Shown here: positions 25,454-42,664 of the stretch, piece after piece
Position numbering within the stretch: the stretch's first letter is position 1
Layout of the letters: every line of letters starts with the position of its first letter
Assembly: GCA_977016875.1 (NCBI GenBank)
Contig: CDRNST010000318.1
Span: forward strand, 1,612,001 to 1,676,000
Length of the DNA: 64,000 nt
Direction: 5' to 3'
DNA from: Pavona decussata
Lineage: Eukaryota
Position numbers and translations under genes: made by a program
Notes under the pieces: model-generated
The model's database searches: none
What the model saw: only the letters and a program-made list of their open reading frames with translations
Told to the model about the DNA's origin: nothing

Positions 25454-26096
25454 CTTGTCTACTAACCAGCAATGCGTTATTGAAAACAACCTTGAAGTGC
25501 CTTCGCTCACACCCGAAAAACCGCCAACGTGTACTTTGCCGGAATCCGCGGGCAAAACAACGGTAGACTCAGCCGTCAGCCGCCAAGATGAAGTACATGT
25601 ACTTAGGTGTTATTTCAATCAATTTATGAATTATGCGCTCAAAACACACTGCAATACAACATGTTGAGGTCTTTGCATCTTCTGGCGTTGAGGGCTCCAT
25701 TTTGTCAAGTACCCGAATTTAAGAAACCTGCAACAAGACGCTCTAAACTCTGAGGCTTTTTAAAAATTAATGAAACAAACGCGAATAAATAAGTCGTTCA
25801 TGTCATAGTTCGTGTGGCATTTTTTAAGCTCAATTAAACATTCTAGGAGCTAATGTTATCTTCTAGGAAAATAGCGTTCACCTAATCGTCTTTGTGGACC
25901 CGGTTTTTGCGTTGTTGTTTTGCATAATGGCAAGCTTAGTTTCTAAATTTTTTTCAGTTTTCTGGAAAAGGTCCAAAGTACCTGTTGTTGTTAGAAATAC
26001 GAAACAACTCCATCCCAGTAAACTGATATATCAGCTATACGGAAAAAAATACTTCTGTCAGAAATCATGCCAGCCAGTCGCCTTGCTCTCAAGTCG

Positions 26097-26248
26097 TTAG
26101 AGTGATTTTACTTGACCCGTGAAACAGAGAATAACAACTAGTACCAAATTAAATAGCTACAAGTAAACTAAAGAAGACAATGGAATTAGTGCATAATGGC
26201 GCGTAGTATCCTACTACCTATTTCACGGGTTAAGTAAAATCACTCTAA
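26097..26248. mobile_element. Short palindromic MITE
   Basis: ttagagtgattttacttgacccgtgaaa ... tttcacgggttaagtaaaatcactctaa, a ~28-bp TIR. Confidence 0.75.
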
Positions 26249-26891
26249 ACACTTTATCCACGTTTCGCTCTTTAGAAATTAAAATTTATGAGTGGTTTTT
26301 GACAAATGGCAATTATCCTGTTTTTGGCCAAAAATGTGCTAAATTATAGGAATCGGTTCTATATCACTATAGGATGAAATTACGTGAATTTTCAAAGAAA
26401 GAACGAGACGTTTATAGACATAAACAATCGTGCCACGAGGACATCTCGTGATTGTGGAAATATTTTTTGTTCATATTTTGGGTTTCACCCAAACCAAACT
26501 CTCTCACAGCAAAGCTTTTGTTCGACGCCCAAATTCTGGAAATAAAACAGTTTATACTGTCGAGATATTGACAGTCGTGAATGATAAATCAGAGAATTAA
26601 CTCTGCAATGTAATGCTAAAGTGAAACCTTGAATTTACCGATGAGCGTTAGGCGTGGTAAGGAAAGGGGAGAATACACAAGGCAAAGAAAAAAGCGAGAA
26701 TCGAACCCACGATGTTCGTATTTGATCAACCAGCCATACCAAGGACAAAATAACAACTTCTCTGATAAATGACCAACATAATAAAGGTCAAAATTTAGTA
26801 CTTGCGTTATTATGATTATTATCATCATCATCATCATTATTTATTTTTATTTTTTTATTTTTTTCGTGCAATACCATAGGCGAAATCACGT

Positions 26892-27022
26892 GGGGTGAGT
26901 TGCATAAAACTTAACGACGGGCGTAAATGCTATCGTCAGACGTTAAAATACTGAATGTGACTGGGCTGAAGGTCTGGCGTTAGCAGTTACGTCCGACGTT
27001 AAATTTTATGCAACTCACCCCT
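26892..27022. mobile_element. Fold-back MITE
   Basis: ggggtgagttgcataaaa ... ttttatgcaactcacccc, with extended internal complementarity. Confidence 0.7.
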
Positions 27023-27449
27023 GGAGACCGCAATTACACCCTAACAAGTTTGGCCTGGCTCAAGTCCCTGTTAGAAACAAATCACCTAAACTGCAGGAGA
27101 ACGCGTTACCACTTCCTTCGAATTTTTGCAAACGGTCTAACCCTACGTATTCTTACGAACTGGCAAATGTTCGGAGTGTTCCCTATAGTGACCTCTTTTT
27201 TCGGTTGAATTAGTCCATAAACGACGTCACAATAACACAATCACGTCCTGCGAGAGCAGACGCCTTTGCCGACTTTTTCCTCACTTTTGGTCATTCAAAG
27301 TCACGCGTGGTCATTGGTGGCGGCACTCACGGTCTTAGCTCCCCCCACCCCACCTCCCACCCTCCTCACTCTTTTAAGTCTTGCTTTCTAATTTCTAATT
27401 TGAGGTAAGCCCCCTGCCCCGCCTCAAAAGCCCTATCCAGACGAGGTCT

Positions 27450-27640
27450 GTGATTGGAGAACGAAACAATAGGTCATTGGTTGGGAACAATTGATCCCGC
27501 ACAGAAAACGATGGGAGCTACTGTATAAAGAGACCAATGAAAATAGAGGTCTGGAAGAGGTACTGTACTATCCAAAAGCCCCCTCCCAGTCTCAGAGGAC
27601 TTAGATTCTGTGACGTCAAGAGTTCACAAGTGAGCTGAAT
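27450..27640 (+). promoter_or_regulatory. Putative CYP core promoter
   Basis: Reverse CCAAT (ATTGG) at ~27453 and ~27476, TATAAA at 27524-27529 and TGACGTCA at 27611-27618, upstream of the ATG at 27664. Confidence 0.5.
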
Positions 27641-27663
27641 CTGGGTCTTCACCTCGGTAAATC

Positions 27664-30600
27664 ATGGAGTTTTCGACGGACATTATCAGAAAATTTGCAG
27701 TGTTTGAAAATCTGTGGATTGCATTGCTCGTTGGTGCGCTCCTGCTAATTGTTTGGTAAGTAGCAACACTTAGCTCGAGTAATCTTGCAAATTGTCCAGG
27801 GGCTTCGTATTCGCGTCGCTTCGCATGGTCAATTTCATTGTTTACTTTTTGCGATGTTTGGTCGAGTTTTTGACCTTGTGTCTTTCCGTTCCATGATCTA
27901 TCGGGTTAAAAGTTGTAGGAAACCTTACAATGCAAGGGCTCCCAATGCAAGTAACAGATCGAATTCCCAGGTCAAGTTCTGAAGTCGTCTCTCACCAGTA
28001 CAAAGGTCTATAAAGGGCGCACAAAGGCGACTGCAACGAAAACGTCACTTACAAATATAACTTCGTTCTATGTGTGCTACTTAACAATTTTTTTAACTCG
28101 TACAGAAACGGCGAACTACCCAAGAACCAAATTGGTAGGCGTGGCGTTCCAGTTAGATTCACCTCACGTTCTCCACAAAACCTTGAATCTGGTCAGCGAT
28201 TGTTTTTCTTCGATCATTAAACTTTTTGTTTTGCGGCGTTGCCGTCCCCCGTCGTCGTTGCTTAAGTTCCCTTAATTTTAGCCTCTGTTAACGTTTTTAT
28301 TGAGATTTGGCGTATTTTACTTAAAAGTTGTGAAATGATCTCCCCTGGTTCTCCTCAGTTCGCTATGCAAAACACTTCATCACATCTTGAATTTGATGGG
28401 GGGGAGGGGGCATACCCGAGAATTTGACCATTTTCCGTGCCCTGGGGTGAGGACTGTGAACTTTGCTCCTTTCTTCTTGTGTGGCAGAATACATGTGGTT
28501 CCTGATCCATGGTACAGTTCAAGGGGGAAAATGTCACTTTTCCAAGTGATTGGCTCGACAAAAAGGCTCTCGAGGAGATGAAATCTGGACGGGAATTGGA
28601 GGGGGAAGGGATCCTTATAAAAGTTTTTTTTTTGGGGGGGGGGAGGGGAAGGAGGTGTACAGGACATTGCTAATTCCTCAATGGGTGGAGGGGAGGGGAG
28701 GGGAGGGTAACCACATGTCATAGTATCTCCTCAATAGATGTAAGAAGAATTAAATCAGTCAATTCAGGCAGTAGTTATATTCATGAATAAACAAGTTGGG
28801 CTGCTGGTGCAGATGGTTGCCTCAGTGATTTTTTTGGATTAGTTGGACTTAAGGCAGTTGTATTATCATTATTGATTGATTATATCTGTCAGTTAGTAAG
28901 CATCATTGGTGTGATTGCTCAATTTTGCAGGCTGTATTTCACTGTACAGCCTGCTAAATTTGAAAATTGTTCCTTTCCTGTATGCTCGATTAACCTCAGA
29001 GATATACATGTACATGTAATATCTTACTAACCTCATTTTCTCAGTCCATACTGTAAGTTACGGATCCCTGTTTTTTCCCGTTGATTTATGGCCCGCATGC
29101 TTCGCGCTTGGGCCGTAAATCAACGGGAAAAAACTTGGTCCATAACTTTTGGTACGGATAACAGACTTGGTTGGTAAGAGGTATTTATACACGGTAAAAA
29201 TTCTTCCATAAATTACAAAAATCCTATGCTTAATAAGTACTAAGTCTATGTATTGAGAATGTATGAATAAATTATTACAACATAACAAATATATCTCTAT
29301 CTACAAGAACTGCTTTATTTTGAGTGCTGTGTCCCAGAATCATTAAAAAAGGGTGCAATAATTAAGTTTGTAAAGGAAATCGTCAAGTGATTCTGCTTGC
29401 CATAAATCGTAGGGCAAACTATTCTAGAGTACTGCATCACTAAATTGTTGCTTTTTTGATTTTATAACATTAGGTATGGATATTCTCCCTTTTCTGAGTT
29501 TAAGAAACTTGGAATACCAGGTCCTGCCCCATGGCCATTTGTTGGCAATCTTCCAGATTACAACAAGAAGGTAATACATTGTCTTAATTATAATAAATTC
29601 ATATCTTTGAATAAGTGCTGCTTGTAGATTCTACTCTAGACTGTTATGTCTTCTTCTCTTTTGCAGCCTGGTCAGGTCTTTTTGGTAGACAAGGAATTCG
29701 TAGAAAAATATGGAAGAGTTTGTGGGTAAGTCAAATAAATTTACATGTATGCAACTGACCAGTTTGAATTATGTGACAAGTGCTTCCACTATCTTGCAAC
29801 ATTATATTGATCAATTCTTTTGATTGATCCAACCAAATATGTATCATTCTTATCATATTAAATGTAGCCATGGAAGTTAAATCATGTATAATATAAATAT
29901 AGCAAGATTACACTGGTTCACCTGGTTTTGCTCTAGTATCAAATTATTATCGAATGGATGTTGATGGTAATCTGCTCTTTTACATGTACATCAACAGGTT
30001 TTATTTCGGACGCAACCCTACGTACTGTATTAGTGATCCTGACCTGCTTAAACAGATTCTTGTCAAAGAATTTGGTAAATTTGTCAACAGACCACTTGCA
30101 GTAAGTATTCATTTAAGGTATTTATTACGTCCTTGTTCAGGGATGTTGCTAAGAACCAGCTATGGCCTAATTTCATGGTCTGAAAGAGATCTTATCACCG
30201 GCTGAAATTTATACAGAGCACAAATACTTGAGGCTAATTTTAAAGGTGCACAGTCTAAACAAGCTAGCTGGGTTTATTAATGAGCCTGCTGAGGTTTTTC
30301 CTAGCTATATCGCTGCAGTGTTTGCAAGTCCACTTCAGCATTCTAAATGACAGCATACAGACCTAGTCTGTTTGATTGTTTTTCTTTATATGTGTTGACC
30401 ATTGTGGCTGTGATTCGTAAGAGTGATTCCTGATCAATTGAACTGTCCTTTTTAAGATTGCTGTTTTATGTGCTAGGCTATTGGTGGTTCAGCTGTTTTT
30501 ACAAGTAAAGGGCTGTTACAAGCCCGAGACGAGGACTGGAAGAGAATTCGTGTAACAATTACTCCAACATTTAGTGCTCTCAAGCTAAAGCAGGTTGGTT

Positions 30601-33600
30601 TCATCTTTACTGAGCCACATTTAAACATCCACTTACAGGAATTTCAGTTGTGTACAGTGTAGCAGATGAACACCAAGACTTCTTCAGATAAATGACACAA
30701 AATCACTGCCCCCAAAAAAGTGCCGCACATGTCACCAAAAATATCAAGTGCCACACTCCTCAACAGCAATGTGGCACTTATTTGGAGCAATGATATCATT
30801 AAGCTCTAGAATGGTGCTTATACATGTACAGAGAGTGTTGATCAAGGTACAAAATGTGAAGAGCAACATACATTAGTTCGTTTTAAACCAACCACGGAAA
30901 TTTATTCTCATAATTTAGAACAACCTTTTTCAGTTTGAAATGTCTATATTTACTCACTTTATTTTGCAGATCAAGTAGTTAACTTGTTTGATTTAGAAAA
31001 AGTTCTGTCTTATTTCCAAATAGGAAGTTCCAAATAAGCACCACCCTTAAATAAGCACTGCATCATGAGTTGAAAAATTCATGGGTTCATTTAAGCTGTA
31101 CAGAGTTAATTCTGAGATCTACATGTATCATTTGAATCAGTACTGCTAGCGGCATAGAATTCATTGCACTCTTCACATTCACACTGCTGCAATAGGCCCT
31201 TCTCCAAAATGGCAGCAACAGATTTGAATGGGTTAAAATTGAACTGACTGAAAAACTGATACCAGTACTGGAAAGAGCAATTTACTTTAGTAACCTTGCA
31301 CAGTTTCAGCACATTAGGTGTTATATCAGCTTAGGAAAAGTAACATGAAATTTGACAAATTTACAGACGTTTGTATGACTGGGGGTATTCGTCATACCCC
31401 CAGTCATACAAACGTGTGTACATTTTTCATTTTTCAACTTACATTTTCTCAGCTGATATTACACCTGATATGCTGAAACTTTGCAGGGTTACTAAAGTAA
31501 AAGTGCTCTTTCTATTTTGAATTTTCGGTCACCATTTTGGAGAAGGGTCTATTACCACCATAATCACCCACGACTTGCTCCTGTTGGCCTTGTAACTTAA
31601 TCGGTAGAGTAGCAGTTGATCAAATTTGGAGTTAATGGGTTTGATTCTTGCCGTTAGGCCAAAGATTTGTGTGCTAGCTTTGCAAAATCCATTGTTATTG
31701 TTATCCCAGGTTACACCATTGGTTCACCAGTCATGTGATACATTGTGCAAAAAGCTTGAAAAAATTGTTCAGTCGGGAGAAAAGGTGAATATGTGGAGGT
31801 GAGAACAATATTCATTATTAGACTGACAAGTTAATCCACAAAAACCAAACTCAAGAAAAAGATCGAAGCATATCACACAGAGTTCTACATTTATTATTTT
31901 CCCCTGTATTACCACACAGGATACTTTTGGCATTGTTAATTCTGGCGGTGCATTGCCTGCCTCAAGTCTCCTCCCTTTAGGTTAGTGGTTACCGCATTGG
32001 GCCAGAGCGTTTACCATTATCTTGTATTTTAACCGATTGAGGACGGTGCCTACTATTACAGGGGTATTTTTGCGCAATTTATTACTATGCGGGAAAAGCA
32101 GATCTTAGCAATGGCTATTGGAATCCAAAAAGAAAATTGGGGGTTAACTACGCATTTTTTAGAGATGAATTAAGAAATAATTATTCTAAAAAGGGCTTAA
32201 TTACAAAGCAATGTATGGTTTTTTTATGAAATTGAAGTTTTATTATCTCTGAAAAATGCATGGTTACCCCCAACTTTCTTTTTAAATACCAAGAGTGCTT
32301 GCTAAGTTCTGCTTTCTCTGCATAGTTTTAAACAGCGCAAGAATATCCCTGTATTAGTAGGCACTACCCTTAGTAAACCCAAGTATCTTGAGATGTGCAG
32401 AATATAACCCTTTAACCCCCAAGGCAAAACGACTTTTCTCCAGATTCAAGACTACAGACTCAATGTGCATGTATGATATACCATTTTAAAGCTACTCATG
32501 GGTGTAGTTCATAACTGATATAATTATGAACGTGAAAAGTTATGGCTTTGAGATAAATGACCTTAAAACGTAAAAATTTTAAAGTTCAAAAACGTCCCAA
32601 TCCTTGTGTATATTAGGTATACCTCCAAACTATAGCTCATTTTGCAGTTCTCAACATCTTCATTAATGTGAGAGCTGTCTTAAGACCCACAACGTCTAGG
32701 GGAAAAAAGTTGAAAAGTTATGGGGGTGGTCAACATATCACATATGGGAGGGGGTTAAGTTTTTATCCTTTTAATGAGTAGATCTTCACAAGATCATCTC
32801 CGTGTCAAAAATTTATAGAAATCTGTCAAATATTGAAAGAGTTATGAAATTATGTGCCAATTGGCACTCTTGGGGGCTAAAGGGTTAATCATTTGTATGT
32901 TTTCCTGACTAATATTTTTTTTGATAAGGCTTTATGGAAAGTTTACAATGGAAGTAATATTGGCGACAGCCTTTGGCATCCAGTCAGATGTGCAGACAAA
33001 TGTCAACGAACCTTACACTCCCAACGCAGAAGAGTTGTTTAAAACTCCAGCGTTGTCAGCTGGTTTGAGTAAGTTGTTCTTTTCTGGGAAATTTAAATGA
33101 TAGTAATGCATTAGATGTTTGACTGTTTGTAGTGTGCTTCCTAGTTACTAAGCAAGTGGCAGTATTACACATGAGCATGTTCAAAAGAGAGATTCAATGT
33201 CAGATTTCCTAACTTTAATTTATCTACCATAAAATTCAAAGGACATTTGTAGGAGCTTATATTGTATCTGAGGGCAATTCCCATGTACAAGGGAAAGCCC
33301 CAGGGGCTTATTTTATAGGAGCCGTTTTGGATTTCAAATTTGGGGATTTTTTTTCGGAGGGACTTATATAGGGTGAGGGGGGGAGGGGTGGTGCTTTAAG
33401 CATCAGGATATTAGAAAATCCAGAATTCTCAACAAGCGCACAAATTTTTTATTGGATCAACACATGCAGTTTCAAAATCATTGTTAATCTTTCAGAAACT
33501 GTCATTAAATATCCCACAATACCGAAACAATTCTTTGGTGCCAGAATTAATGACATTATTTTTGTGCCAACAGTACTTAGCTGCAAGTAGTTTGAAAATG

Positions 33601-34896
33601 GCTGAAAATAATTCTCAAGTCCAATGCAGACAGCATTTTCTTAGTTTAAAAGTTTATTGTCAAGTTTTGTCATTGTTATTTGCAGTGGTGTTACCATTTA
33701 TGAAGCCCATATTCCAGTTTTTTAGCACCTTCTTACTTCAGCTTGGTGCTACCAACCGAGCAAGATCTCTACAGTTCATGTTGGACACAACAAATGAGGT
33801 GATTCAGCTGAGAAGGCAGACTGGAGCTTCCCAGGTACCTATTGGAAATAAATGATGACGCTTCATTTACCTGAACTTAATTACTCTTGGTTGTCATTGT
33901 GTTAGTGTCTTGAGTCTCTTGTGTTTTTTTTTTTTTTTTTTTGCCACAAACAACAATTACAGATGGAAAAAAATGATGAAAATTGACGAAAGAAAATAAA
34001 TGGCGAGGAAACCTGAAAGAAACCACGAGGCTTATAAAGTCAGGCTTCCTCACTTTTAAAAAATAGCTATCTTATATTAGAATTACAATATGGACTTATG
34101 ATAATTAACTTTGACCGCGCACACGTACACACACGCACACACACGCACACACATATTAAGTAAGTTAGTTGAGAAATACAGCCTTACAGAAGTTAATACC
34201 TGGAGAGAAGAAAATCTTTAAGCTTTCTTTTAAAAGAAGCGGTGGAGGGAGAACTAGTTATGTCAGAATTTAGCGAATTATAAAAGTTTGGACCTTGAAA
34301 GTAAATTGAAAACTTCCTCGTGTTCGTTCTGCACAGTGGCAAGCGGAAGGACTGAGCATTCCTAGTATTATAATTATGGATTTGACTATTCAGTAAAAAA
34401 AAGGTATTGAATTTGGAAGGGAGTGTAGAGTTCTTGAATGAAAACATAAAAGTACCTAATTGAAACGAATGGATATCGTGAAATTTTAAGAGTTTAAGTT
34501 CCTTAAAAATAGGGCCAGTATGGGCAATGTATGTATCTAACTTTAAACAAACCATTTCCAGAAAAAAAGAGAGTAGTTCTTCTGTATTGGGTGATATTGA
34601 AGTCAGGTGGAGATAATAGTTTTCTTCATTTTACTTGTTTGAAGAGGAAAGATCTGTTAGAACTAATGCTTCGTGCGGAGGTCACTGACAGCGAAGGGCG
34701 ACCAGTTAGCAAGCTTAGTGATGAAGAAGTTCTGGCGCAGTCCTTCACATTTATCTTAGCTGGCTATGAGACAACAAGCAACGCTTTGGCCTACACAACG
34801 TATTGTCTGGCGATGAACCCTGATGTGCAAGAAAAACTCATTGACGAAATTGACAATGCTGTTGGGGATAGTGTAAGTACATTGCAAACTAAGTGG

Positions 34897-34941
<45 letters not shown>

Positions 34942-36603
34942 CGATGATGATAAGGGCAACATTGACAGTGAGGATGATGATGTTAATGATAGTGGTGATG
35001 ATGTATCAATGATTGGTTATCTCCTGGGGGGTCCCCTAGGAAAGAAGACCTTTTTATGGAGATTTGAATGATAAATTGCCCAGTATGGAGGGGGGAATGA
35101 GGCTTGTGTCTTACCCTGCAGGGAAAATATCAGCCTTTGTAAAACAAGAGGCCTTGCTCTAGTTGTTCTAAGTGAAGGGGAAGCAGATCACTGCACTTGA
35201 AGTTTCCTGGATTCATCTTGTGCAATGTGCTCTGAAGAGCACAATGACGGCAGATTTTGTTCATGCAAATCCATCCAATGTGATATATGCGTGCTATGGT
35301 ACCACAGTTCTTGTGATATGTTTAATGAAGATGATGCTGACCAAAGACGGCCTGGTAATTAAGTTCACTTTTTCTGTTATGACCCTCGGGGAGGGGGGAG
35401 GGGGGGGCAATGTCTTAACTTTGATCTTCTCAATATGTTCCCTTCCAAGACAAGAAAATTAGAACTTTCTGATGCTACCTTGCAGGAAAGTCCAGACTAT
35501 GATACAGTTCAGAATTTGGAGTATCTGGACATGGTGCTGTGTGAAGCATTGCGCCTGTACCCTCCTGCATTCAGGTATGAGACATCCCTTGTCCCAGCTC
35601 TGCTTTCCCAAACTCTGATTTTATTTATAGACAGAATGAAATAACTTGATCCAAGTTACTGTTTGTTTGTTTCATTCTATTACACCATAATTAAAGTAGT
35701 TTGACATATTTTTCTTTACATTGTTTAAATTTGATCTGTTACCTTTTTGGCTCACCCAGGTTCGGACGTGTTTGCAATGAAAGCTGTACATTAAATGGTG
35801 TGCACTTTAAGAAGGACATGGTGCTAATTGTTCCTGTGTACTGGTTACACCGTGACCCAGAATATTGGCCTGATCCAGAGAAATTTGACCCTGACAGGTA
35901 CAAAATACTTAATGCATATAATATTGAAATGCATAATTGAATGACCGATTGACTCACTGACTGATTTTTTGCAGATTTACAAAAGAGGCAAAACAGCAAC
36001 GAAACCCATATTGTTATCTTCCATTTGGCACTGGGCCGCGAACTTGCATTGGAATGAGGTTTGCATTGATGGAGGCAAAGATGGCACTGGTGCATTTGCT
36101 CAAGCGGTTTAGATTCCAGCGCTCTGAAGACACTGAGGTAAGGTCTACTTCGAAGTTTAACTCATCATTGACAAGCAGGTTTTTCAATTTGTGCTCTAAT
36201 GCAGATTCTAATTGAAAAAGTCCTCCCAATAATTGTTTTCAACTTAAGGCATAAGCTGGTTAAAAATAAGTGAGAGTGCTCGAGACTTTAAAAGCTCAAG
36301 ACAAATTGAAGGACCTGGTCATTCAAAACCAATACTACGTGGAAATTTGTCTGTGAAATCCAAATTGCTTCAAATTAACTCTTATTTGGCAAACAGACTC
36401 CCCACATGACAAAAAGTCCTGTGTTTATTTTTTGGTCTTGACGCAAATTCTGAGAATTGGCCTGATTTTTGCTTATTTAAGCTGGGTCCTTCGTCTATTT
36501 AATAGCTGATTGTATCTTTTTTCAGGTTCCTCTCGAACTTCAAGCATCAATAACAATGGCCCCAAAGAATGGGATTTATGTGAAACCCATTCTGAGGGCA
36601 TGA
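27664..36603 (+). CDS. Cytochrome P450, CYP3 clan (CYP3A-like); 13 exons, ~513 aa
   Basis: Exons 27664-27755, 29474-29570, 29667-29725, 29998-30100, 30477-30593, 31710-31798, 32929-33068, 33686-33834, 34645-34872, 35486-35574, 35760-35897, 35975-36137 and 36526-36603. N-terminal TM anchor, PGPAPWPFVGN, WKRIR, AGYETT, EALR, PDRF and heme motif FGTGPRTCIG. Confidence 0.95.
28014..28273. mobile_element. MITE of the AGGGAGCTTAAGCAACGACG family
   Basis: Right end cgtcgtcgttgcttaagttccct; a sister copy at ~46702-47062 carries both ends. Confidence 0.55.
31191..31553. mobile_element. Nearly fully palindromic MITE (AATAGRCC ends)
   Basis: aataggcccttctccaaaatgg / ccattttggagaagggtctatt TIRs with a central hairpin acgtttgtatgactggggg...cccccagtcatacaaacgt. 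Confidence 0.8.
31570..31660 (+). mobile_element. Decayed tRNA-derived SINE head
   Basis: A-box-like tgtaacttaatcggtagagtag and B-box-like gggtttgattct; no intact cloverleaf. Confidence 0.5.
32038..32403 (+). mobile_element. GGACGGTGCCTACT-family MITE
   Basis: Shares internal sequence with the elements at ~49188-49590 and ~59002-60177. Confidence 0.6.
32408..32884. mobile_element. piggyBac-like MITE
   Basis: (A)TAA-CCCTTTAACCCCCAAG ... CTTGGGGGCTAAAGGG-TTAA: CCC/GGG termini with a TTAA-type target site. Confidence 0.75.
33924..34555 (-). mobile_element. 5'-truncated LINE 3' end with poly(A) tail, antisense in CYP intron 8
   Basis: ORF HTGPIFKELKLLKFHDIH..HNYNTRN..SIYFQGPNFYNSL..FKRKLK is typical of a LINE ORF2 C-terminus; (CA)n at ~34118-34153; poly(T) at 33924-33942. 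Confidence 0.8.
34897..34951 (+). repeat. (GAT)n microsatellite
   Basis: About 18 units directly after the exon 9 donor. Confidence 0.95.
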
Positions 36604-38533
36604 AGGAAACATTGACTGCGTCAAACCAAATAACAACAAATGTACTCATTTTAATTTAGAAGAGTATGCAGAATGAAAACTGATCAAGATTGATGTAAAG
36701 CACGTAAACTTGATTTCTTACACTCATAAAAATAAATGAAAGCAGGGTGTGCTTACTTTCAAGTGAGAACGTATTTAATTAAGGAATGCTTGAATCAGGT
36801 TTATATACATTTACACATAATTTTCAGCTATTCAACAGTAATTGCACCACCCAAATATCCAGAACATCTGCAATGAATTTTCTTAGTTGCCAATTCACAC
36901 TACTGATTTACAATATTATTTCATTCACCTTGATAATAAAGGAGCTGGTTTTCCTGTTAGTGTGTGTGTGTGGTGTTCATCCTTAGCTGAAGGGGGTATA
37001 AAAGGGCAGGGGTGCTCATCTCATCCGAAGTCTTGAAAGGAATCCCTACAGGCTGGTTTAGACACTGCCTTTGATACCACTGTTAGATGAGGGGAATAAC
37101 ATTGGTGTCAAAGGAAGCTTTAGACAGTGGAATAAGCCCAAGCCAAATAAGAAATATGCCAGAGACAAGTTAGTTGTATTCAAATGAACGTTGAAATGTA
37201 GCTTTATTTTACGACCAGTACCTGCTATTTTCACTTATTCAAATTTTTAACGAGCTGCCTGTTACTCAGTACTGTGCTTACACTCAAGGGTCACCTTCCA
37301 ACTTAGTAATAATTACTTATTCCTTGCTATCCAGCTCTCGTACAATGTAACATGATCTCGGGTTGCCTGAGATTATGTGAGAGACTTGCAACATGACATT
37401 AGTGAGAGACTTGCAACATGACAAATCAATACAACAATTCACTGTCATCATCTTTTCTGTCCTGTGGTACTGTCACTGTGTACATGACCAAATATCTGTA
37501 ATACACCTGGATCGTCTCCGAACTCTTACCATTAATATAGACCTTTTTCATACATGGCAGCTGATAAATTATTCTTTTATTTTCATGAAAATTAGCCTTA
37601 CTAGCCTCGCTAGCATGTGCAAAATTCCATAGAATTTTTACTCTAAAACGTGGTTAGTTAGGCTAATTAACATATTTTGAAAATAATAATAAATTGGGAG
37701 CCATTTATGAAAAAGGTCTAGAGGATGGAAACACAAGCATCCCAACAGCATTTAATGAGAACTAGTCTATAAATAATTATCAATCTCAAAAACACATTGC
37801 TAGGTTGTTGAGTTGGCACTGTTTATTTATAGATTTCCCAACCAACATGTTAACCTAATAAGCTAAGAGGTCAATAAGTGAGAACAAAGTGAAAAAATAA
37901 TCAAAAGCTTTCAACTTACTCGAATGTCAAATTTGTTGTTCCATAACAGAAGAACTCCATAATATTACGTATGTACGAAATGTATAACATTGTGTTGCAT
38001 AATTGTCCACCATTAATTTCTGGACATTTGAAAATAATAATTTCCCAACAACTGTTTTGTCCCAGAAAATTTCCATACGTCCCCATGGAAAGTATTTTGG
38101 TTGGAAATCAATGCCCAAATTCCACGTAAGCTTTCCTTTTAAGACTACCCAATCCTCAACCCTCCACCCTCCCCTCCCCCACTTCTGAAATTTCCAACAA
38201 CCTTCCATGGGGACAGTATGGAGATTCCCTAGAACTAAAGATTTCAATACCCCCACAATAACTAACCTTGCACATCAACAACAATGAGCAATTGTATCTA
38301 CATATTGTTTTTTGTCTTAAAAATGCATTATTGACATTTAACACCTAATGAGCTTTAAACTGCGTCTAGACTAGTTAAAATTCTAAACTGATAAAAATTT
38401 CACTTAAGTGCACTTTGGAAAAGGGTAACGTTTTTCATGCTCAGTAACTACTGCAAGTGAGGACGTGCAAATTTTTTAAAAAGGATCCTCGGAAAAAGAT
38501 TCTTATCCGACGATGAAAGTGGATTTTCTAAAG

Positions 38534-42137
<3,604 letters not shown>

Positions 42138-42485
42138 TCAAAATATTGTAAAAGATTCCAATGGCGTTACGTGTAACCTCGTTCTCGTTTGAAACAAGCT
42201 CGTTCCACTCCTTCCCGGTTGGACCAAATCGACGCCACCCCTGCCCCCCTCTGCAACACCTCAATCAAGAATTTCTTGAGTAGACAGTTTGGTGTCGAGT
42301 ATCGCTGTATATTTTTTACGATTTGTGCTCTATTGTGCTGTTGTGAATGAAAATATACAGGGGAAATACGTCTGCGTTCGCAGGCTAGCATGTTAGCAAA
42401 CCGGGTTTTTTAATGTACGAATAGCCTCCAAACTGGTTTTCTACTGCACAAACCCGGTGTACGTATAAATAAAGAGGCTGCACTG

Positions 42486-42664
42486 AGTGGAACCTCTTTA
42501 TTACGGACACCAAGGGGACAGGAATAAGTGTCCGTATTATAGAGGTGTCAGTTTTAGAGAGGTAGGCTTTATATGGATTTCGGTCTCCCAGGGATCAAGT
42601 GAACTGTCCGTAATAGAGAGGTGTCCGTATTATAGAGGTGTCCGTAAGGAGAGGTTCCACTGTA
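42486..42664. mobile_element. Tc1/mariner-type MITE with internal GTGTCCGTATTATAGAG repeats
   Basis: agtggaacctc ... gaggttccactgta; related elements at ~16420-16592 and ~43682-43874 (TACAG...CTGTA). Confidence 0.65.

Noticed and set aside
25454-25555. N-terminal 34 aa of the 422-aa ORF
   Set aside because: Starts at TTG; the first ATG in good context (AAGATGG) is at 25453.
31570-31660. Possible tRNA gene
   Set aside because: Degenerate A/B boxes and no pairing stems; a SINE head.
34756-34962. Poly-Ser ORF
   Set aside because: Antisense reading of the (GAT)n microsatellite.
37377-37423. Two 22-bp direct repeats (period 25)
   Set aside because: Only two units with a 3-bp gap; a simple local duplication, not CRISPR-like.
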